From positions 1 through 38,557 of the IMG/VR virus record IMGVR_UViG_3300011435_000030: DNA of 38,557 bases, one strand, 5' to 3'. The notes under the pieces are model-generated. The model ran no database searches. It saw only the letters and a program-made list of their open reading frames with translations, and had not been told where the DNA came from. The translations under genes were made by a program, and so were the position numbers. This stretch comes from a virus (lineage: Duplodnaviria; Caudoviricetes). Within the stretch, counting starts at the first letter, position 1. Each line of letters begins with the position of its first letter. Of this stretch, positions 7,403-16,128 are shown in pieces.

Positions 7403-7741
7403 CTAAATGGTCACTTCCGTGACCTGCATGGCTCCGACAGCACTGGCCCACACGGCGGTCACAATCCCCCAATAGTCGGGGCGCGTGGAGCTGTTGACGA
7501 CCACCGTGGGCATCTCCCACCGCTCGCCAGGGTCGAGAATCCAGGTGTAGTTTTCCGATGTGGCGCCTTCGCCGTACAAGATCCACGCCTGCGCTGGGCT
7601 GTCGTTGGTCAGCTTCAGCGTGAGGCGATGCGTGTTGGCGGCCCGCACGGTGGTGGACGTGGTGGCTGCGGCCACGCGCGTGGTGGTCGGGGTATTCACC
7701 ACCTGCGACCCCGGCACAACGATAAATTCACCCGATGGCAT
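7403..7741 (-). CDS. Virion-associated beta-rich protein (putative)
   Basis: 112 aa, GGAG RBS, Thr/Val-rich beta-strand pattern. Confidence 0.7.
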   Translation of the reverse strand: MPSGEFIVVPGSQVVNTPTTTRVAAATTSTTVRAANTHRLTLKLTNDSPAQAWILYGEGATSENYTWILDPGERWEMPTVVVNSSTRPDYWGIVTAVWASAVGAMQVTEVTI

Positions 7742-7765
7742 TGGTAGTCTCCGTTCGTTCCGATC

Positions 7766-8416
7766 TCATGGCTTGACCGTCTTCTCCCAAAATTTTCCGA
7801 CACGCGACCGGATGGTCTCGGCCCCGACGCCCATCCCGACGCTGTTGGTCCCGAGTTGGACCATCATCACGACTTCGCCGGCTGCGTTGATGACTGGCCC
7901 GCCTGACTGCCCACCCACGAACGTGGCGTCGGTCATAAACAACGGCCCGCCGATGCCATCGTACGGAATGTAGGTTTCCGCTGAGATGTGCGTGAGCCTG
8001 AACAGGGGTCGCTCGAGGCCGTAGCCGTAGCCGAACGAGGCGATCTCGTCCCCGACCTTTGGGTTGTCCGCGGCCAGCTTCATGGAGGGCCTACCGCTGT
8101 CCTCGATGGACAGGACCAGCAAGTCCTTCTCCTTGTTTTTGGCGATGACCTTGGCCTCGGCCTGGTCAGCCCAGAGCTTGACGGCCTCGCAATGCGCTGC
8201 GGTCAAGATGAAATCGACGTCATCGTCATCCTTGTCCTTGGCCTTACTGTTGATGACGAACCCCGTGCAACTGGTGCCGGCGTCGTTGCGCTCGATGGTG
8301 ACGACGGACTTCTCCAGCGTTTTCACCAGTGCCGTCCAATCCGTACGCGCGTGCAGTGGCACACCGCAGAATGCGTAAAGTCCCGCCACGACCGCCACGA
8401 ATGCACGCCTCATCAC
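7766..8416 (-). CDS. Secreted trypsin-like serine protease (S1, HtrA-like catalytic domain without PDZ)
   Basis: Signal peptide; CTGFVI, LTAAHC (His), KDLLVL (Asp), GGQSGGPVIN (Ser). Confidence 0.9.
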   Translation of the reverse strand: MMRRAFVAVVAGLYAFCGVPLHARTDWTALVKTLEKSVVTIERNDAGTSCTGFVINSKAKDKDDDDVDFILTAAHCEAVKLWADQAEAKVIAKNKEKDLLVLSIEDSGRPSMKLAADNPKVGDEIASFGYGYGLERPLFRLTHISAETYIPYDGIGGPLFMTDATFVGGQSGGPVINAAGEVVMMVQLGTNSVGMGVGAETIRSRVGKFWEKTVKP

Positions 8417-8427
8417 CAGCCCCCTAT

Positions 8428-8859
8428 TCAGTCACTCTCACTCGCTATACCCATATCGACAATCCGCGCAGACGGTTGGGTCGTGGTACAGCCCATCGCC
8501 GCGTACTCCGGTCCAAAGCGCCGCGTAGGCGCCGCCAGCTCGGAGGTTGCTGACGGCTCCGCACTGGGTGCAGGTAACGTCTCGTCCAAAAGGAGGACCG
8601 CTAGCAACGAATACACCGCGTTGTCCACCAGCGAGTCCCGCAGGCTCTCGTGCTTCGGCGTCTTGCCGCTCACCAGTTGCTTGATCCGACTCCATTTATC
8701 CGTCAGCCTCACCAGCACACCCGTCAGCGCAGGCACGCCCATCGCTTCACATTCCCGCAGGTTGCTCAGCGGGTCGCCGTCATGTGTGTAATCGTGGTTC
8801 TTGGAATCGTGCAGCGCCCGAATCTCATCGAGCAGTGCCACGAACGCCGGGTTCCTCAC
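8428..8859 (-). CDS. DUF1599 / nucleotide-modification-associated domain 1-like protein
   Basis: SKNHDY..DPLSN, GVLVRLTDKWSRI, ESLRDSLVDNAVYSLL motifs. Confidence 0.75.
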   Translation of the reverse strand: MRNPAFVALLDEIRALHDSKNHDYTHDGDPLSNLRECEAMGVPALTGVLVRLTDKWSRIKQLVSGKTPKHESLRDSLVDNAVYSLLAVLLLDETLPAPSAEPSATSELAAPTRRFGPEYAAMGCTTTQPSARIVDMGIASESD

Positions 8860-9242
8860 TCAGTTTCCTCCCGCACCAGCAGCGGCCCGAACGGGGCTTT
8901 CGGTGGCGCGTGCTTGAAATCGTCAAACGTCCATACCCGCTGATCGGTGTCGAAGATCAGCCCGTGCCGCAGCACCACGACGTGGTAACTCTTGCGGTAC
9001 TTCACCTGCAACAACCCCTCGTCCGTCTCGGACCACTTGCGCTTCACCACCATGCGCGTGCCGAGTGTCTCGGCCGCTCGCTTCAAGTGGGTCCACCACA
9101 CGCCACTCTTCAGCACTGACGGCGCTTCGCTCCCAATGGCGATCAGGGCGTCCTCATAACTCACGCCCAGGAACATGGCGAGGCAGGCCACGCCGCAATC
9201 AGACTCGTGCCGCTGGGCGACGACCCTGATCAGCGCCTTCAC
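8856..9242 (-). CDS. Peptidase C39-like cysteine protease
   Basis: QRHESDCGVACLAM catalytic Cys motif, HVVV His, IFD Asp. Confidence 0.85.
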   Translation of the reverse strand: MKALIRVVAQRHESDCGVACLAMFLGVSYEDALIAIGSEAPSVLKSGVWWTHLKRAAETLGTRMVVKRKWSETDEGLLQVKYRKSYHVVVLRHGLIFDTDQRVWTFDDFKHAPPKAPFGPLLVREETE

Positions 9243-10264
9243 GCCACCCGCCCCTGCTGCGTTTCAAAGTCGAAGTTGTGCTCCCGCACCGAGTTCAGGT
9301 CCGTCACGCCGTTGGTCTGCTCGAAGGTGACGTAGCCGCGCATCTGCGGGCGCCCGCCAATCTTCGGCTTCAGCATGTAGCCCTGCGTCTGGCAGAGACA
9401 CCCGACCTCCACCAGCAACTGCCGGCCGCGCCACGGGAACTTGCCCATCTGGTGGGTGTGGCCCAGACAAATCAGGCGGTAGCGGCCGAGGCCCAGGTCA
9501 AACTCATGGTCAGACAGCCAGTCCTCGACGCCACGTAGCGCCGCGCCAGGAGTGCGGCTATACTTTTCTGGATGACCCAACCAAGCATCGCCGCAGGTCG
9601 TGAACCAGTCTACGGAATCTCCGTTCGGTACGTGGTGACGGGCCACGCTGACGTTCGGATAACGCTTAGCGAGGGCGGTGACCGGGCAAAGGATGCCGCC
9701 CGCCAGATACTTGACCGCATCGACCATGTCCTCAGAGAGACGTTCCCGGAGACGTTTCTCAAGGCGCGCGTCGTGGTTACCAATGACGACTTCGACACTG
9801 GGGAACGCCTCACTCATTGCCTGCATGACGGCAGTGACGCTGGCCCACTCCTCTGAGAAACTGACCCGCCGGTAGTGGGTGTAGGTGCTCAGGGCGTAGC
9901 TGTCTGACAAGTCCCCGATGCAGATGACCTTGTCCGCGTCGGCCTCCCGCGTCAGCATGTCCGCGAACATCCCCTCCTCGTGGAAGGGCGCATGGACATC
10001 AGGAACCACGAGAATCTTCTGCGTCTTCCCTGGCCGCTTCGCCTTCGGCCCCTTATAACGGTCCTTGCTCATCTGGACCGCCTTCATCCACTGCGCCCAC
10101 GCCGCGTCGAAGCTGTTCAGCGGCTCCAGGATGTTGGCGGGCTTGGCCTTGTGCCAGCCGGGTCGCTCCGCGCAGGGCTTGCACCGTGCGGAGTTGCGGT
10201 CCCGCATCTTATTAGTGCGGCATTCGGGACAGACTGGCTCTTTACCCTTGGGGTAGCATCCCAA
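9239..10264 (-). CDS. Calcineurin-like metallophosphoesterase with N-terminal Zn ribbon
   Basis: DVH, GDLSD, GNHD, H, GHTH motifs; CPEC..CKPC. Confidence 0.9.
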   Translation of the reverse strand: MGCYPKGKEPVCPECRTNKMRDRNSARCKPCAERPGWHKAKPANILEPLNSFDAAWAQWMKAVQMSKDRYKGPKAKRPGKTQKILVVPDVHAPFHEEGMFADMLTREADADKVICIGDLSDSYALSTYTHYRRVSFSEEWASVTAVMQAMSEAFPSVEVVIGNHDARLEKRLRERLSEDMVDAVKYLAGGILCPVTALAKRYPNVSVARHHVPNGDSVDWFTTCGDAWLGHPEKYSRTPGAALRGVEDWLSDHEFDLGLGRYRLICLGHTHQMGKFPWRGRQLLVEVGCLCQTQGYMLKPKIGGRPQMRGYVTFEQTNGVTDLNSVREHNFDFETQQGRVA

Positions 10265-10275
10265 TCAGCGTCTCC

Positions 10276-10518
10276 TCATCGCTTGGACCGCTCGATCTGT
10301 TCCCATCGGATCAGCGCCTCCATGTCGAACGGGTCCACAATCACCTCGAAGCCCATCGAGGCGAACGTCTCGGCATCCTCCAGCGTCATCGCCGCGTTGC
10401 AGACGTGCCTCGTACCATCTGGCCCGCGAGTGTCGCCCTTGGGCCTGACGATGGGCGTGAACCGCTTGTCGGACCACCACGCCACGATGCACTTGACTAC
10501 CGGCCGCCCGTCAGACAC
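10276..10518 (-). CDS. Hypothetical protein
   Basis: GTG start just after upstream stop. Confidence 0.55.
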   Translation of the reverse strand: MSDGRPVVKCIVAWWSDKRFTPIVRPKGDTRGPDGTRHVCNAAMTLEDAETFASMGFEVIVDPFDMEALIRWEQIERSKR

Positions 10519-10522
10519 GCGC

Positions 10523-10711
10523 TCACCCAACAATCTCGGTAATGGTTCTCGACTCAGCCTTGAGGGAGTCGATGCGCGTCTCCAGCTTCGCCACCACCGC
10601 CGCGAGGCCGTCCATGCGGACGTTGGCCGCAGACGCCAGCGCAATCGCCTGATGCGCCAACCCCAGGACTTCCGCCACCTGTCGGCGTAGGTCAATCTCC
10701 TGCTCCGTCAT
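10523..10711 (-). CDS. Small coiled-coil protein
   Basis: ATGA coupling; MTEQEIDLRRQVAEV... Confidence 0.6.
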   Translation of the reverse strand: MTEQEIDLRRQVAEVLGLAHQAIALASAANVRMDGLAAVVAKLETRIDSLKAESRTITEIVG

Positions 10712-10890
10712 CGCACCACCAACCACACACACACCGCCAAGAGCGCCGCCGTGACGAACGTCAGCCCGATGGCCCACCAGATGACCGCGAGCCGGTCAGC
10801 TTCCTCCTGGGCCGCCAGTCTGGCCCGGCGCTGGAAGCTCGTTTCCGGCGGATGGCGCAACAGATTCTGTTTCGCTGACTCGCCCTTCAT
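10708..10890 (-). CDS. Small membrane protein
   Basis: C-terminal TM LAVIWWAIGLTFVTAALLAVCVWLVV; start could be 10932. Confidence 0.55.
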   Translation of the reverse strand: MKGESAKQNLLRHPPETSFQRRARLAAQEEADRLAVIWWAIGLTFVTAALLAVCVWLVVR

Positions 10891-11023
10891 TGGCGTCCCC
10901 CGTTCCTGATTCCAGAATCTGGAATGGTCCATCTGCCGTGACGTCTGCCAACCGCCTGAACACCTCCACCAACTCGGCGTACCGCTTGTTGTCGGCGCGG
11001 ATGATGTCGATCAGCGGAATCAC
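10796..11023 (-). CDS. Hypothetical protein
   Basis: GTGA coupling; overlaps next gene by about 95 nt. Confidence 0.4.
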   Translation of the reverse strand: MIPLIDIIRADNKRYAELVEVFRRLADVTADGPFQILESGTGDANEGRVSETESVAPSAGNELPAPGQTGGPGGS

Positions 11024-11295
11024 AGAATCTTCCCCGTCCACGTCACCGTCCGGCTCCGCGCCACGTCCTGAGCTGACACCTTGCCAGTCACGGTCACGCC
11101 GTCACCCTTCTTGGCCGCCCGCTGGATCGCGTCCCAGTGCTGCTGCACGATGGCCTTCAGGTCGTTGACATCAGCCTCGAGCTGGGCCAGCCGCGCCTCT
11201 GGGTCGCTGGGCGCAGGCTGCTCGTCTACACGTTTTCCCAGCGCCTCGATGGCATCGCGCAGCGGGCGGAAGTCCCAGACCAGCGGTTCAGTCAT
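11020..11295 (-). CDS. Coiled-coil protein
   Basis: ATGA coupling; heptads RLAQLEADVNDLKAIV. Confidence 0.65.
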   Translation of the reverse strand: MTEPLVWDFRPLRDAIEALGKRVDEQPAPSDPEARLAQLEADVNDLKAIVQQHWDAIQRAAKKGDGVTVTGKVSAQDVARSRTVTWTGKIL

Positions 11296-11594
11296 TTCCA
11301 CAGCACCTTGACTAATTCGATGATGCCCACCACGCCAGCCGCGACCCCGGCCCCAATCGCGCTGTCTTTGCGGCCAGACCGCGGCTCGCCCCGCTCGTCC
11401 TCGCGGGCCTCAATCTCCTGCACGGCTTTCTGCACCGCTTTCAGCGCAGAGATGTCCTCGCCGTGTCGTTCGGTCTTGCCGTTTAACTTGTCCAGGCGCG
11501 AGTTGAGCCCAGAAAACCCCGTCTCCATCGACCGCGAGAGCGCACCCAGCGCGGCATAGAACTCGTCCCGATTTAACTCGCGCTCCATTACCAT
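11292..11594 (-). CDS. XhlA/holin-like coiled-coil protein with C-terminal TM
   Basis: RLDKLNGKTERHGEDISAL coiled coil then GAGVAAGVVGIIELVKVLWK; first gene after a leader element. Confidence 0.6.
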   Translation of the reverse strand: MVMERELNRDEFYAALGALSRSMETGFSGLNSRLDKLNGKTERHGEDISALKAVQKAVQEIEAREDERGEPRSGRKDSAIGAGVAAGVVGIIELVKVLWK

Positions 11595-11602
11595 TTGTCC
11601 CC

Positions 11603-11703
11603 AAAAGAAAAGGCCGCCTGTCTCCCCCGAAGGAGAGTCAAGACGGCCTCTGCGTCCTGTGCCGGATTCAGTTGTCAGCCTACGGTGCCACCCGCTGGCT
11701 GTC
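11603..11703 (-). promoter_or_regulatory. Structured RNA leader / intrinsic terminator A
   Basis: AGGCCGTCT...CTCTCC-UUCG-GGGGAG...AGGCGGCCT hairpin then TTTTCTTTT; upstream CAGCC/GGCTG stem. Confidence 0.7.
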
Positions 11704-11745
11704 TTCGCTTGCGCTTTCGCCTAAACTGTGTGCTACAAAGGTAGC

Positions 11746-11853
11746 ATGGTAGACACGCTTGCCGCGCTTTTCACCCTCGCCTGGGTAGGTGCTTGCTTCA
11801 TCATCTTTCTCGCGGTCCTACTGTGGGCCGTTCGGTTCCTGCTCGGACTGTAA
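11746..11853 (+). CDS. 35-aa hydrophobic membrane peptide (superinfection-exclusion or type I toxin-like; not in ORF track)
   Basis: MVDTLAALFTLAWVGACFIIFLAVLLWAVRFLLGL; extended -10-like TGCTACAAA ends 6 nt before the ATG (leaderless). Confidence 0.6.
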   Translation: MVDTLAALFTLAWVGACFIIFLAVLLWAVRFLLGL

Positions 11854-13035
11854 CGCACCAAACAAGGTCAGTAACGCCGTCTTGAATGCCGCCGGCAACG
11901 GCGCGCGAGACAGGCGGTCTGTCCCGAACGCGATGCGCGAGCCAGTCCCAGGCGCCACGGCCCCGAGCCACGTCATGGGGTTGGTCCCCATGAAGCCGGG
12001 GCTGCGGGACTCGGCATCGGCTAGTGCCTCTTCCAGCCCCATCAGCCGCTGCGTCTCAGCGTTCACGTCCTTGACACCGGGGACGTGTTTCTCAATCCCC
12101 GTCTTCAACCCTGTCGCGATGGCCTTGTCCGTGTGTGCCCCGATGTCGTTGACGACGGTCCCGGCATCGGCGGCGCGGAACGCCCGCGTGGCCTGCCCCT
12201 GCGCCTCGCGCTTCAAGTCCTGAGCGACGGTCAGCGGGATGCCCTGTGGGTTCGCGCCGCGCATCGCGCGAATGCGCCCGACGATGCTGGGGGTTTCGTC
12301 GCCCTGACCAAGTTGCACCCGCAGTTTGGCTTTGTCAACTACTGGCCGCATTGGTGCCGCCACGTCACGCATGGAGACAGGACCAGCACCGGCTTGTTCT
12401 GCAGCGGCAATCATCTGGTCGGCTTGACCGGCTGACGCCTTCGCGCTCGCGCCAACCTTCTCGGACTGCCCTACAGGTACGCCTTCTTTCAGGAACGACT
12501 CAATCAGTTCGTCCTGGCCGTATTCCCTCTGGAGTGCCTTTGACGGCTTGAGAATGGCGCGAGAGAGATGCGGGGCCACCTTGCCAGCGATGGTCGCCAG
12601 GCCACGACCGATGCCTTCTCCAGCGGCGCCCATCGCGCCCTCTGCGGCCATCGTGCCGGCCACACTGCCAGCCGTGCGAGGCTTACCAGTGCCCAACTGC
12701 TCCGCGATCAGGCCGAGGCCCGCGCCACCGGCCGCGCCAAGGCCAGACGCCGCCATCGCCGGCAGGAGCGAGGCTCCGGCCGTCATGGGGGCAGCAGCCA
12801 GCCCACCAGCGATTGCGCCAGCCGTGGCCGGATTGTTCTTGATGGTACCCATCACGGCACTGCCGATGCGCGAGAAAGGCATCCCGGCCGCTGTCGGCTG
12901 TTGTGGCGCCTGCGCCGCAGCGGGTGCGGCGTTCTGGCCGCCAATCGCCGCAAGCACGTCCTGCTCGGACGGTGGCGCGTCAGCCTCCACTTGGAACTTC
13001 CGCCCGTCGCTCAGCTCGATGAGGTACTTGGGCAT
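11818..13035 (-). CDS. Internal virion / DNA ejection protein
   Basis: MPKYLIELSDGRKFQVEA N-terminus, Gly/Ala hydrophobic stretch, helical C-terminus; last of four helical genes after the tail hub. Confidence 0.7.
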   Translation of the reverse strand: MPKYLIELSDGRKFQVEADAPPSEQDVLAAIGGQNAAPAAAQAPQQPTAAGMPFSRIGSAVMGTIKNNPATAGAIAGGLAAAPMTAGASLLPAMAASGLGAAGGAGLGLIAEQLGTGKPRTAGSVAGTMAAEGAMGAAGEGIGRGLATIAGKVAPHLSRAILKPSKALQREYGQDELIESFLKEGVPVGQSEKVGASAKASAGQADQMIAAAEQAGAGPVSMRDVAAPMRPVVDKAKLRVQLGQGDETPSIVGRIRAMRGANPQGIPLTVAQDLKREAQGQATRAFRAADAGTVVNDIGAHTDKAIATGLKTGIEKHVPGVKDVNAETQRLMGLEEALADAESRSPGFMGTNPMTWLGAVAPGTGSRIAFGTDRLSRAPLPAAFKTALLTLFGALQSEQEPNGPQ

Positions 13036-14121
13036 CTACTTGATCTCGGTGATGGACTTGATCGAGGTGGCGCCCTTGCCACCGGGCGCGGCGGCCGGTG
13101 CAGCGGCCGGTGCCTCGCCGCCAAGCACCTTATTTATGCGCGCAATCTTCCGATTCTTGAGGGTCTTTGAATCCTTCGGCCCAGGCAGAATCTTGCGGGC
13201 GCTCTGAACGTCCAGCTCGGTCAACACGCCCGTGTGTCCCATCGCTCGCGCCCACAGAGGCGTGAAGGACTGCACCATCGCCTCGTATTCGGCCACATCG
13301 TCATCGAGGTTCACCTTCGCCGCCTGCTGCGCCGCTGCGCCACGCGCCGATGCGTACACCCCCTCGTTCACGTTGATGCGATCCGACAGTTCGACAACCG
13401 AATCCAGCAACGGCTGCACGCGCCCGCCCGCGGCTTTGCGGTTCCGCTCGTCTGTCGTGGGTGCTGCGTCGAAATCCTTACCCACGGCATCAGTCTTCGA
13501 CGTGACTTTCGTCACCGCGTTACCGTCAGCATCAGTGGTGTGGATCTGGATGGCTGGAGGACCCCAACTGGTACGAGTCTCGGCCAACTGCCGCATCGCC
13601 TCCGCGATGTCGATGCGCTGGTTGGACAGCCCCTCCAGCACCTTGTGATACCGCTCCGTCTCGGCGGCCCGGTCGGCTTGCGCGTTCGCGTCCTGCGTGC
13701 CGCCGTACTCAAACTCCGGCTCGCCAGCCGCGTTTGTGGCGGGCTTCAGCATTGGGCTCGCACCGTACTTGGCGAAGTCCACCGCCTGCTCGCCGGTAAT
13801 GCGCGCCCCTTTCGGCATCATCCGAATCCGGCCCTGGAACTTCTGCTCGGCCTGTAGTTCGCGGGACGCATCCCGATCCTCGTCGCGCTTTTTGCGGTCG
13901 TCGTTCAGCCCTTCCTGCGTGGCTTGCCGCAGCCGTTCCGTCGCCTCGACTTGCTTGAGGTCGATGTCGTTGCGCCGGGTGGCCTGCGCGTTGACCATGT
14001 CGGCCTGCCGCGTCTCCTCCATCAACTTCTGCTGGCTGATCTGCTCAAGGAACTTCTGCTTCAGCAGCTCCTGAAACGCATCCCCGCCTGCGCCCGCCGC
14101 GCCCGATAGTGCGAATCCCAT
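13036..14121 (-). CDS. Internal virion / DNA ejection protein
   Basis: Gln/Ala/Glu-rich coiled coil; synteny. Confidence 0.65.
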   Translation of the reverse strand: MGFALSGAAGAGGDAFQELLKQKFLEQISQQKLMEETRQADMVNAQATRRNDIDLKQVEATERLRQATQEGLNDDRKKRDEDRDASRELQAEQKFQGRIRMMPKGARITGEQAVDFAKYGASPMLKPATNAAGEPEFEYGGTQDANAQADRAAETERYHKVLEGLSNQRIDIAEAMRQLAETRTSWGPPAIQIHTTDADGNAVTKVTSKTDAVGKDFDAAPTTDERNRKAAGGRVQPLLDSVVELSDRINVNEGVYASARGAAAQQAAKVNLDDDVAEYEAMVQSFTPLWARAMGHTGVLTELDVQSARKILPGPKDSKTLKNRKIARINKVLGGEAPAAAPAAAPGGKGATSIKSITEIK

Positions 14122-15119
14122 TACACCCTCCGCGGCAGCACAGTAGACGTGACCGGCGGGGGCTGCTGGCCCCTCGGTCGGCCCAGTGCATCACCCAGCG
14201 CCCCGCCCAGCGTGCCGAGAATCCCGCCGATGCCCGCCGCGTTTTCCCAGCCAGACGGTTGCGGGGTCGCACTCAACTGCGGGGGGGTCAGCACCTCGCC
14301 GCCCGTGAACTCGTCGCCCGACAACAGCGCGAGCATGGCCTGCTTCGCCATCTCTGACGCCGCGCCACGCCCGCCCTCTCCCAGCGCCGACGCCTTCAGC
14401 CCGCCGTTCACCGTGGCGTTCTGGATGCCGGGGATGTTGATCGACAGATCTTGCAAGTTGCTCAGGAGGTTGCCGGTCACGGCCTGCTTGCCGCGACTGC
14501 CTCGGGCGGTTTCAGAGAAGCCCTTGCGCGCCAGGTCGAGCGAGCCCGCATTGAACTGTGCGTTCTGCGCCGTGCCGTACTGCTGGTTGCGGATGGCGTC
14601 CCGCTGGTTCTCAAGCAACGCTTCGACGTGGCGACCCTCAGCCGCGCCCTGCGCCTGGTTGCCCAGCACCGAGCCGACATCGCCGGCAATCCCCAGTAGG
14701 TTGCTCCAGTTGGATGGATTCGACAGCCACCCCATGATGCCGCCGCCCCCGGAGGACGCGCCGCCCAGCCCGAGCGCCCCCAGATCCATTGCGCCCGGCA
14801 ATCCTGCCGGAACACCCGTCGTCACCATACCGCCTCCTGCACCAGACGCCCCTGCGGCACCCGCCCCACCAAACACACCGCTCCCCGTCGCCGCGGCATA
14901 GCCAAGCCCGCCAGCCGCTGGCGCAGCCATCAGATACGGCGAGATGTCATTTAGGAGCTGCAACCACCTGTCCCGCTCCGGCTGCACACTGCCCGTGCGG
15001 TCGTTGTAGGCAAACCCGTCAGGGACCTGATAGTTTGGGTCTTGCCGGCGCCGCATGTCGTGATACGCGGCGCTGTTCGGGTCGTACTCCTCGGGTCGCC
15101 TGTCGCGTGCGGTATCCAT
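14121..15119 (-). CDS. Internal virion / DNA pilot protein
   Basis: Gly/Ala-rich hydrophobic segments typical of pilot proteins; synteny. Confidence 0.65.
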   Translation of the reverse strand: MDTARDRRPEEYDPNSAAYHDMRRRQDPNYQVPDGFAYNDRTGSVQPERDRWLQLLNDISPYLMAAPAAGGLGYAAATGSGVFGGAGAAGASGAGGGMVTTGVPAGLPGAMDLGALGLGGASSGGGGIMGWLSNPSNWSNLLGIAGDVGSVLGNQAQGAAEGRHVEALLENQRDAIRNQQYGTAQNAQFNAGSLDLARKGFSETARGSRGKQAVTGNLLSNLQDLSINIPGIQNATVNGGLKASALGEGGRGAASEMAKQAMLALLSGDEFTGGEVLTPPQLSATPQPSGWENAAGIGGILGTLGGALGDALGRPRGQQPPPVTSTVLPRRV

Positions 15120-15122
15120 GTG

Positions 15123-16124
15123 TTAGAGTCCACTCAGAAGCGAGATGAGCGCCTGTTGATTCAGCCCCGCCTCGGCCAGCGCCTTCTGGAGCGCGATCGA
15201 CATCCCGAAGTGCTCGTCGCTCTGATTCAGCCCGAGCAACCCGAACGCTGGTCCGAGCGCAGCTAGTTGGCCCTCGCGGTTCTGGTCGTTCTTCCCCGCG
15301 AGCAGATCCGCGTCGTAGGCAGACTCGGCATCACCGCGGGCCGACAGCAGCGTGTCCACCTGACCGTCAAAGGCGCCGCCCATCGTGCCCGTGGCCGCCG
15401 CCCGTTCGGCCGCCGCCGCACGCTTCCGCTCATACGACCGCTGTTGCCCGATCCGGTTCGCCTGCGACTGGGACGCGAGGTCGGGGTCGCTCAGGCTGGC
15501 CGCCGTCGGATTCATCAGTTTCAACAGGGCATCCACGAACGCCTGTTCGACACCGCTGACAGCGGCCGGCGTGGTGGTGGATGGCACAGTCGCGCCTCCG
15601 TCGTCAAACTTCTGACCGCCACCACCCTCCGGCTCGTACCCGGGGCTGGGGCCTGTCCCGAACTGCTCGTTGCCCGTCCTCCACGCCCACCCGCCGTCGC
15701 CCCACGTCTGACGGTCCCCAATGACCGTGACCATGCCGTAGCCGGGGATGTTGTGCAGCCTTCCGCGGGCGGTACCGTCGCCCCTGTCAAGTTGCACTGA
15801 GCCGGGACCGAACGCCTGGTCGATGAGGGGGGCCACGTCGCGCAGCGTGCGCTCGTTGGTGTTCCCACCGCCGAGCAGGCTCATGATCCATTCACGGGCA
15901 TCCCCACCGCCATACGGCGCCGGGCCGGTCTGCGCGGACGGTGGGGTCACGGGCGGGATCGACGTGTTGTTGCCGCCGTAACCGCTGATGCCGGTGTTGC
16001 CATTCGGCGGGGTGTAGTCGGTGGCCGTCTCGTCACGGTTGGTGGCCGTGCCGGTGCCGCCCCCGCCGTAGTCCATCTCGTCCAGTAGCGCGTCCTGATA
16101 CCGTGCGCGTTTACCCCTGTCCAT
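15123..16124 (-). CDS. Internal virion / ejection-type protein
   Basis: Gly-rich N-terminus, helical C-terminus; synteny. Confidence 0.6.
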   Translation of the reverse strand: MDRGKRARYQDALLDEMDYGGGGTGTATNRDETATDYTPPNGNTGISGYGGNNTSIPPVTPPSAQTGPAPYGGGDAREWIMSLLGGGNTNERTLRDVAPLIDQAFGPGSVQLDRGDGTARGRLHNIPGYGMVTVIGDRQTWGDGGWAWRTGNEQFGTGPSPGYEPEGGGGQKFDDGGATVPSTTTPAAVSGVEQAFVDALLKLMNPTAASLSDPDLASQSQANRIGQQRSYERKRAAAAERAAATGTMGGAFDGQVDTLLSARGDAESAYDADLLAGKNDQNREGQLAALGPAFGLLGLNQSDEHFGMSIALQKALAEAGLNQQALISLLSGL

Positions 16125-16128
16125 CTGA

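Noticed and set aside
11603-11703. tRNA or known riboswitch
   Set aside because: No cloverleaf or T-loop, and no aptamer consensus I can recognise; kept as an unknown structured leader
11818-16124. Tape measure protein
   Set aside because: Four separate 330-405 aa genes and no tail tube or chaperone genes; fits podovirus-type ejection proteins
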